This document shows positions 1-5,437 of a stretch of DNA of 5,437 nucleotides, piece after piece. Under the pieces are notes generated by a model. It saw only the letters and a list, made by a program, of their open reading frames with translations. It searched no databases and was not told the DNA's origin. This stretch comes from Amoeboradix gromovi X-113. Lineage: Eukaryota; Fungi; Sanchytriomycota. The translations under genes were made by a program, and so were the position numbers. The stretch covers positions 1 through 5,437 of the forward strand of contig JADGIF010000658.1 in NCBI GenBank assembly GCA_018985225.1. The letters are read 5' to 3'. Position 1 is the first letter of the stretch, and every line of letters begins with the position of its first letter.

Positions 1-19
1 CCATAAAGTAATAAAGCTG

Positions 20-76
20 AAATAATGTTCCAAGTTGTTACAGAAAGTTAGTCTAGTTTTTATATTTGATGTCCCA
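20..76 (+). repeat. Dispersed repeat copy A (57 bp)
   Basis: aaataatgttccaagttgttacagaaagttagtctagtttttatatttgatgtccca matches 4211-4267 at 55/57 positions without gaps. Confidence 0.95.
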
Positions 77-216
77 TATGCTTAATGAATGTAATGTACT
101 ACACTAAATTTAGATGCAAAATAAGGTATGTCGTACTAGAAGTTTAAATTCTGTAGGAAAAGTGATCAAAGGCCTGGGTACAGCGTTCACAAGATCGAAA
201 CACTTAGTCAGATTAT

Positions 217-233
217 ACCAAATAAAAACTAGA
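217..233 (-). repeat. Short partial copy of the repeat core
   Basis: accaaataaaaactaga equals 3815-3833 (accaaatataaaaactaga) minus one TA. It is short and AT-rich, so chance cannot be excluded. Confidence 0.4.
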
Positions 234-545
234 TGCCTGCCAACATGATTCTACAAGCGGTCTCGCCGGTAAACAATCTGGATTGCTGTTTTATTCATGA
301 TCTTCTTTTTATTCTTTTATTTAAGCACACATTAGGAATACCAGTCTTCCTAGTTTAGAATTTATAGCATATCCATATTAACCTATTGCCGTATTTAAGG
401 TGATAAGAACCATGGCTGTATTTTTGGATGGTTTACTTGCCAACATCATAGGGGCGTTAACTAAATATACAGGTTTCAATGAACTCTATCCACACCCATA
501 GGAAATGCCTCCGAGTCATTGATTTCTAAAACAAAGGATACAAGC

Positions 546-2840
546 ATGTCTTCAGTCGATAAAGATTCACCAACTAATCCCAATTCTTTGACAGCAAACA
601 GACTGAGAACATATTCTACAAGACATATTAAAACACCTTCGCTCCAGCTCCATCGCAAAGCTTCCCATGACTCTCAAAAAAAGAAATTCTTTGTAGATGT
701 TGAGTCCACAATGCAAATGCTTTTAGAACAAGAAGACACAGACAGAAATTTTCAAATTAATGTTCAAGATGAAGGTCCAAAACAGTTTACTCTAGTTGGC
801 CCTGGTCTTCGCTCTCACGACATTCAAGGCCACTACGTTTTAAGTAACTTGTTACAAGAGCTAACTTTGGCAAAAGAATTTCATCGTAAGTACATAATAT
901 TAGACGAACAGCGGCTCTATGAGAACCCGGTAGAGAGATTATCAAGAATGATTCGTAATTTTTTTTGGGATGGTTTGACCCGTCGCATTGATGGCGAGTC
1001 TTTGCAAGTTATCTGTTCTGATCCAAAAGATAGATTAGGAGATCACAAAAATCGAATTTATGTGCCTTTTGATGATATCGAGGCTTTGGAGTATTATCAA
1101 GGTGTGCAGCATGAAAAGCCATTGCTTGATTTGCATGTAGAGCGACTGCCTAAAGACATAACTCCGTTGTATGTTAAATCTATTAATTTGAAACCCGGTA
1201 TACTCGCATTGAAATTGGATAAAATATCCTCCATTGATGATAGTGGCCATATTATTACGAAAATACAAGGTACTCCGTTTGTTGTACCTGGTGGTCGATT
1301 TAATGAGATGTATGGTTGGGATTCCTACTTCGAGGCGCTTGGATTGTTGGTTGATAACAAGGTAGATTTAGCTAAATCAATGGTAGATAATTTTTGTTAT
1401 GAAATACAGCATTATGGTAAAATAATGAATGCCAATCGTAGCTACTACCTTACCAGATCGCAGCCTCCATTTCTAACGGATATGGCTATTCAAGTCTTTT
1501 ATCATTTGCCTCCATCAACCAAAGTAGAGAATCACAAATGGTTGAGACACGCAATCTTTTTCGCTATTAAAGAATACTATACTGTGTGGATGTCTTTGCC
1601 TAGATATGACCCAGTCACTACACTTAGTTGCTATCATCCAACTGGTATCAAGTTACCACCAGAAACGGAAGCCAGTCATTTTACTCATATTTTAGAACCT
1701 TTTGCCAGCAAACACAATCTTTCTGTATCTGAATTCACTGCCAAGTACATGGGTGATGAAATAGATGAGCCAGAATTAGATCAGTACTTTATTCATGATA
1801 GAGCCGTTCGTGAAAGTGGACATGACACGACATATAGATTAGAGAGTAAGTGCGCCCATTTAGCGACCATAGACTTAAACAGCTTGTTATTTCGATATGA
1901 AGTGGATATAGCAATGATGATTCAGCAAGAGTTTAACGGCAAGTTTGAGATACCAATTGAATGGGTGAATAATAGTGCAATAGGAACTAGTAATATTATC
2001 AATGAGCATGTCACCTTGATAGAGGAAACTGCTCAGACATGGTTTAACCGGGCAGAAAGACGGAAGGAGTGCATTGACAAATATTTGTGGAATAGCGAAA
2101 AAGGAATCTTCTTTGACTACAATATTAAGACTCAGAAACAGGAAACTTATGAATCAGCCACCACTTTCTGGCCGTTATGGGCTGGTCTAGCTACCGAGGA
2201 TCAGGCACAAATGTTGATTACAAAGGCATTACCACTATTTGAGGTGACTGGTGGGTTGGTTAGTGGAACATTGGCTAGTAGGGGCAACATATCCTTAGAG
2301 AGACCAAACCGACAATGGGATTTTCCATTTGGTTGGGCACCTCATCAGATATTGGCGTGGCAAGGATTTGAGAGATACGGATACAATGAGATTGCTAGAA
2401 AGCTGGCCTATCGATGGCTATACACAATCACAAAGGCATTTGTAGATTACAGTGGAGTAGTGCCAGAGAAGTTTGATATTGTGAATATGACCCATTTAGT
2501 AACTGTTGAATATGGAAATGTTGGGCTTGATTTTAAATATATGCCAAAGGAAGGATTTGGGTGGATGAACGCGTCGTATCAAGTTGGATTGACGTATCTT
2601 ACTAAGTTCATGAAAAGAGCACTCGGTGCTTTAACTGAGCCTAATCATCTGTTTAGTCTCATGAATGATAGCAGCAAATGGCAGGAGCAGGAACAGATTG
2701 GCAATCAGCAAGTTAAAAAGAGTTTTGACAATTTGCAATCATTATTTGCTCCTTTTGGGCAATCGGTACGAATTGTTAGTGACGAGAACTTGTTAGATGA
2801 GACCATTACAGAGGAAACTACCAGGAAGTTTTTTATTTAG
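546..2840 (+). CDS. NTH1: Neutral (cytosolic, regulatory) alpha,alpha-trehalase, glycoside hydrolase family 37, 764 aa, no intron needed
   Basis: Uninterrupted ORF with fungal neutral trehalase motifs: EF-hand-like Ca-binding DTDRNFQINVQD, LSNLLQEL, PFVVPGGRFNEMYGWDSYF, NANRSYYLTRSQPPFLTDM, RAVRESGHDTTYR, RQWDFPFGWAPHQ, VEYGNVG, EGFGWMNASY. The ORF track starts at TTG 519; the first in-frame ATG is 546, with an in-frame TGA upstream at 480-482. Ends TAG 2838-2840. Confidence 0.96.
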   Translation: MSSVDKDSPTNPNSLTANRLRTYSTRHIKTPSLQLHRKASHDSQKKKFFVDVESTMQMLLEQEDTDRNFQINVQDEGPKQFTLVGPGLRSHDIQGHYVLSNLLQELTLAKEFHRKYIILDEQRLYENPVERLSRMIRNFFWDGLTRRIDGESLQVICSDPKDRLGDHKNRIYVPFDDIEALEYYQGVQHEKPLLDLHVERLPKDITPLYVKSINLKPGILALKLDKISSIDDSGHIITKIQGTPFVVPGGRFNEMYGWDSYFEALGLLVDNKVDLAKSMVDNFCYEIQHYGKIMNANRSYYLTRSQPPFLTDMAIQVFYHLPPSTKVENHKWLRHAIFFAIKEYYTVWMSLPRYDPVTTLSCYHPTGIKLPPETEASHFTHILEPFASKHNLSVSEFTAKYMGDEIDEPELDQYFIHDRAVRESGHDTTYRLESKCAHLATIDLNSLLFRYEVDIAMMIQQEFNGKFEIPIEWVNNSAIGTSNIINEHVTLIEETAQTWFNRAERRKECIDKYLWNSEKGIFFDYNIKTQKQETYESATTFWPLWAGLATEDQAQMLITKALPLFEVTGGLVSGTLASRGNISLERPNRQWDFPFGWAPHQILAWQGFERYGYNEIARKLAYRWLYTITKAFVDYSGVVPEKFDIVNMTHLVTVEYGNVGLDFKYMPKEGFGWMNASYQVGLTYLTKFMKRALGALTEPNHLFSLMNDSSKWQEQEQIGNQQVKKSFDNLQSLFAPFGQSVRIVSDENLLDETITEETTRKFFI
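600..770 (+). other. N-terminal regulatory module of the trehalase: candidate PKA/14-3-3 sites RLRTYS (600-617) and RKASHD (654-671), plus EF-hand-like Ca2+ motif (735-770)
   Basis: Motifs are read directly from the translation. Their order and content match the S. cerevisiae Nth1 RTRTMS and RRGS phosphosites and the DTDKNYQITIED calcium motif (recalled homology). Confidence 0.75.
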
Positions 2841-3049
2841 TAAATTTTTTATTTTATATGAATTTGTTTTTAACAAATAACTGCTTGAACTAGATGGTAA
2901 GGAATGTGGATAAACAAACCCCTATTATATTCTTAACAATGGTGCTTGCTACAACTTATAAAAAATTTTAAATCTTGGCCAAAAACCACTCAACTATTAC
3001 TTTTCAAGAGTAAAATGCATGTAATTGGAATTTGATGATTCAAGAATTC

Positions 3050-3455
3050 CTATTCTACGTAAAATCTCATTAAAGCAGGTTCGCAGTCACTGTTCCTTTT
3101 TCAATTGCGGAACAAGAATGCTTAGCTTATTTTAACGCGACGGAAGGAAATCTGGACTTTTGAAACGCTCTGACGAAGATTCATTAACTTAATCGATTTC
3201 ATGGCAGGGGTCAGCGGAATATTAAATAACATCAACAAGAATTTTTTTTGATCCGCGGCAGGAAAGTATTATTCGGCGATTGCGAGGAAGGTATCCTGAG
3301 ACAAACAAGCAGGTACACCATAAACTGTTTCTGCAATAGCAGGGTTGAGAGTACTCATCAAAACCATCGAGATAACAATTGAGCGAGTCATAATTAATAC
3401 GGATGAAATGTGCTAGATTGCATTTAAGCAAGCTGTCTGTTTGTCTGTTCTTCAT
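3050..3455 (-). pseudogene. Possible decayed protein-coding relic (boundaries approximate, identity unknown)
   Basis: The region looks less AT-rich than its flanks. A minus-strand frame from ATG 3391 reads MTRSIVISMVLMSTLNPAIAETVYGVPACLSQDTFLAIAE*YFPAADQKK with coding-like codons and a signal-peptide-like start, broken by TAA 3271-3269. An overlapping frame holds the 77-aa ORF 3455-3222. Confidence 0.3.
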
Positions 3456-3808
3456 ATATATGGAACTACTTTGCGAAATTGAAGAAGTTCACATTTTAGG
3501 GTAGGCAGAATGCTTCGTGGAAAGTCCTGATCTCCAAGAAAATCAAGAATTTCCACAGATAAAACTTACCAGAGTCAACCATTCATAAGAAAGCATGACG
3601 ATTTTTAAATAATTATACAACTATAGAAAAATTATCAGTTGAAGAGACAGAGTTTGTGTAATCACTCCTGATCATTTGCTGAACTAAAATCGATAACTTT
3701 AGTATACTGCTTGTAAAGTAAACAATATGAAATTAACTTCTTGTTTATAATATCAAGTGACCAATTGTTGCAAGTGCATCAATAATTTCTTTCCTGAGGC
3801 ATGTTAAT

Positions 3809-3839
3809 TGGGACACCAAATATAAAAACTAGACTAACT
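3809..3839 (-). repeat. Dispersed repeat copy C (31 bp, inverted)
   Basis: tgggacaccaaatataaaaactagactaact; its reverse complement agttagtctagtttttatatttggtgtccca matches 46-76 at 30/31 and 4237-4267 at 29/31. Confidence 0.92.
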
Positions 3840-4210
3840 CGTTTTTAAAGAAGGTGCACCATACGGTTAATTGCTATCATTAATAAAAGATCTTCTATTA
3901 TACCAGTTTTCTTTCATGGATTGTATCCCTCTTTTTAAATAAAACTAGAAGACCCTGCATCTCGTTCAAATATATGAGGTCTTTGAGCATCTGAGCAAAA
4001 GGTACATTTTCTTAGGCGGTACTCTTTTCTAGAGCCATTTTGTAATGTTATACTAACATCATTACTCTTATCTATTTCTTTGAAGTGTAATAGCGATATT
4101 TTATTTGAAATAAAGGTTGGATGAAAGAGTAAGTGAATAGCTGTACAGAATATTTATTTTCCTTTTATACTCGTCAACTCCGCAACTAGCTGAATGTCCA
4201 CTCGCCTCTT

Positions 4211-4267
4211 AAATAATGTTCCAAGTTGTTACAAAAAGTTAGTCCAGTTTTTATATTTGATGTCCCA
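4211..4267 (+). repeat. Dispersed repeat copy B (57 bp); its last 31 bp form the right arm of an inverted repeat
   Basis: aaataatgttccaagttgttacaaaaagttagtccagtttttatatttgatgtccca is a direct repeat of 20-76. Positions 4237-4267 match the reverse complement of 3809-3839 at 29/31. Confidence 0.95.
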
Positions 4268-4541
4268 AGTGTTTATTAGCAATTCTTGATAATTGGCATT
4301 TTCCAGGACCCATTTCAATTAAACGTTAAGAATATCGAGATTTTACTACATCGGGGTTATCTGCAAAAGTCTAATTGGTGCACTAAAAGTTACGTTATGC
4401 CAGTAAATTCTTTACTTTATCAACTCAACTTCAGTGCTGTGCCTTTGATTCGTTGACGTTACTAGCGTGAAATTGTTTCATAAGTTGATTGGATCAAAAA
4501 CGTGTTAAATTGATCAGACATCTGGTTCATGTTATCATTAA

Positions 4542-5207
4542 ATGGGTCGCCGTCCAGCTAAATGTTATCGATACTGTAAAAACAAGCCATATCCAAAATC
4601 AAGATTTTGTAGAGGAGTTCCGGATGCCAAAATCAGAATTTATGATCTAGGTAAAAAGAGAGCAGGCGTTGATGAGTTTCCGCTTTGTGTTCATTTAGTA
4701 TCATTTGAAAGAGAACAATTGAGTAGTGAATGTTTAGAAGCTGCTCGTATCGCAACTAACAAGTATATTACAAAATTTGCTGGTAAGGATGCGTTCCATG
4801 GTAGAATTAGAGTTCATCCATTCCATGTTTTAAGAATTAATAAAATGTTGAGTTGCGCAGGTGCGGATAGACTACAAACCGGTATGAGAGGTGCCTTCGG
4901 TAAGCCTATCGGTTTATGTGCCCGAGTCAAGATTGGTCAAATCTTATTTTCTGTTAGATGTAAGGATGTGACCAAAGCAATTGTTATTGAAGCATTAAGA
5001 AGAGCAAAATATAAATTCTCTGGTAGACAAAAGATATTTGTCAGCAACAAGTGGGGATTTACATCTGTTCCTCGTGACCAATATGTGGAATTACGTCAAG
5101 CGGGAAAAATTGTACCTGATGGAGTTCACTGTAAAGTCATCACTGGACACGGTCCGTTGAAGGCATACTTTGACAACTACATGGGAGAAGAGGAATTCGT
5201 TCAATAA
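4542..5207 (+). CDS. RPL10: 60S ribosomal protein L10 (uL16, QM family), 221 aa, intronless
   Basis: [29 protein letters not shown]-terminus, the P-site loop [25 protein letters not shown], and [21 protein letters not shown]. Full length, ATG to TAA. Confidence 0.98.
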   Translation: MGRRPAKCYRYCKNKPYPKSRFCRGVPDAKIRIYDLGKKRAGVDEFPLCVHLVSFEREQLSSECLEAARIATNKYITKFAGKDAFHGRIRVHPFHVLRINKMLSCAGADRLQTGMRGAFGKPIGLCARVKIGQILFSVRCKDVTKAIVIEALRRAKYKFSGRQKIFVSNKWGFTSVPRDQYVELRQAGKIVPDGVHCKVITGHGPLKAYFDNYMGEEEFVQ

Positions 5208-5437
5208 ACTACCTTCATTTTTCTTTTTTATAGAAAGTTACAAATGTCAGTCAGAAACAGTCACATCTGTAGTATTAATTTTTAACTAGTGCTACTTTTA
5301 TTCAAAGCTAGTGTCTTTATCAGTTGAGTTCTTTAAGTACTCCCCTCATTAGAACTGTTCGATTACGATAAACCAGAGATCTTTACAGAGAAATTGAAAG
5401 CACTAGTCGAGCCGCTACAGTGACTCCTCACACTTTG

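Larger units (their letters stand above)
3809..4267. mobile_element. Putative MITE / non-autonomous TIR DNA transposon (459 bp, ~31-bp TIRs)
   Basis: Near-perfect inverted termini (TGGGACA...TGTCCCA) enclose an AT-rich interior with no ORF in the track, and a further copy of one end lies at 20-76. There is no exact TSD (9-bp flanks catgttaat / agtgtttat, 6/9 identical), so no superfamily is assigned. Confidence 0.55.

Noticed and set aside
126-156. GTATGT...TAG 31-nt mini-intron
   Set aside because: Splicing gives only MQNKEK*, and there is no clear branch point.
150-250. Translation fragments VGKVIKGL and AWVQR, reminiscent of a PPIase or a pogo/Fot1 HTH
   Set aside because: Only a few residues in different frames with nearby stops; chance-level similarity.
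519-545. TTG start of trehalase given by the ORF track
   Set aside because: This is a eukaryotic gene; the in-frame ATG at 546 precedes all conserved motifs.
476-658. 60-aa minus-strand ORF
   Set aside because: Antisense shadow of the trehalase 5' end with no recognisable motif.
1035-1268. 77-aa minus-strand ORF
   Set aside because: Lies entirely antisense within conserved trehalase coding sequence and has no motif.
3080-3165. Plus-strand EQECLAYFNATEGNLDF* resembling the start of a hAT dimerisation domain
   Set aside because: The downstream diagnostic P.SS...ER.FS motif was not found.
3527-3596. Minus-strand ATG (3596) followed by a GTAAGT donor and a short intron ending CAG
   Set aside because: The spliced product stops after about 33 aa and does not join the downstream frames; no independent support.
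20-4267. Repeats as a CRISPR array or as LTRs of a retrotransposon
   Set aside because: No regular repeat-spacer periodicity. 57 bp is too short for LTRs, and there is no PBS/PPT or gag-pol between the copies.
5248-5265. CAGTCACA (S. pombe Homol-D RP-promoter box) preceded by CAGTCAGA
   Set aside because: It lies downstream of the RPL10 stop rather than in its promoter, and a single 8-mer cannot be distinguished from chance.
5416-5437. TA+CAGTGACTCCTC, resembling a Tc1/pogo terminus (also TACTCCCCTC at 5338, Stowaway-like)
   Set aside because: No partner inverted repeat in the window, and too short to support.

Overview
AT-rich eukaryotic genomic DNA, most likely from a fungus (possibly an early-diverging lineage; inferred from protein style only), in the standard genetic code. 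It holds two intact, apparently intronless + strand housekeeping genes: a cytosolic neutral trehalase (NTH1-type, GH37; likely ATG 546 to stop 2840) and 60S ribosomal protein uL16/RPL10 (4542-5207). The unexplained structure is a dispersed non-coding repeat family. A 57-bp unit occurs as a direct repeat at 20-76 and 4211-4267 (55/57 identical). Its 3' 31 bp recur inverted at 3809-3839, and a 17-nt fragment occurs at 217-233. The 3809/4267 pair brackets a 459-bp non-coding segment resembling a MITE. Each full copy also lies a few hundred bp upstream of a gene or gene relic in the same relative orientation. A possible decayed minus-strand gene lies at about 3050-3455. No transposase, RNA gene or CRISPR array is supportable.
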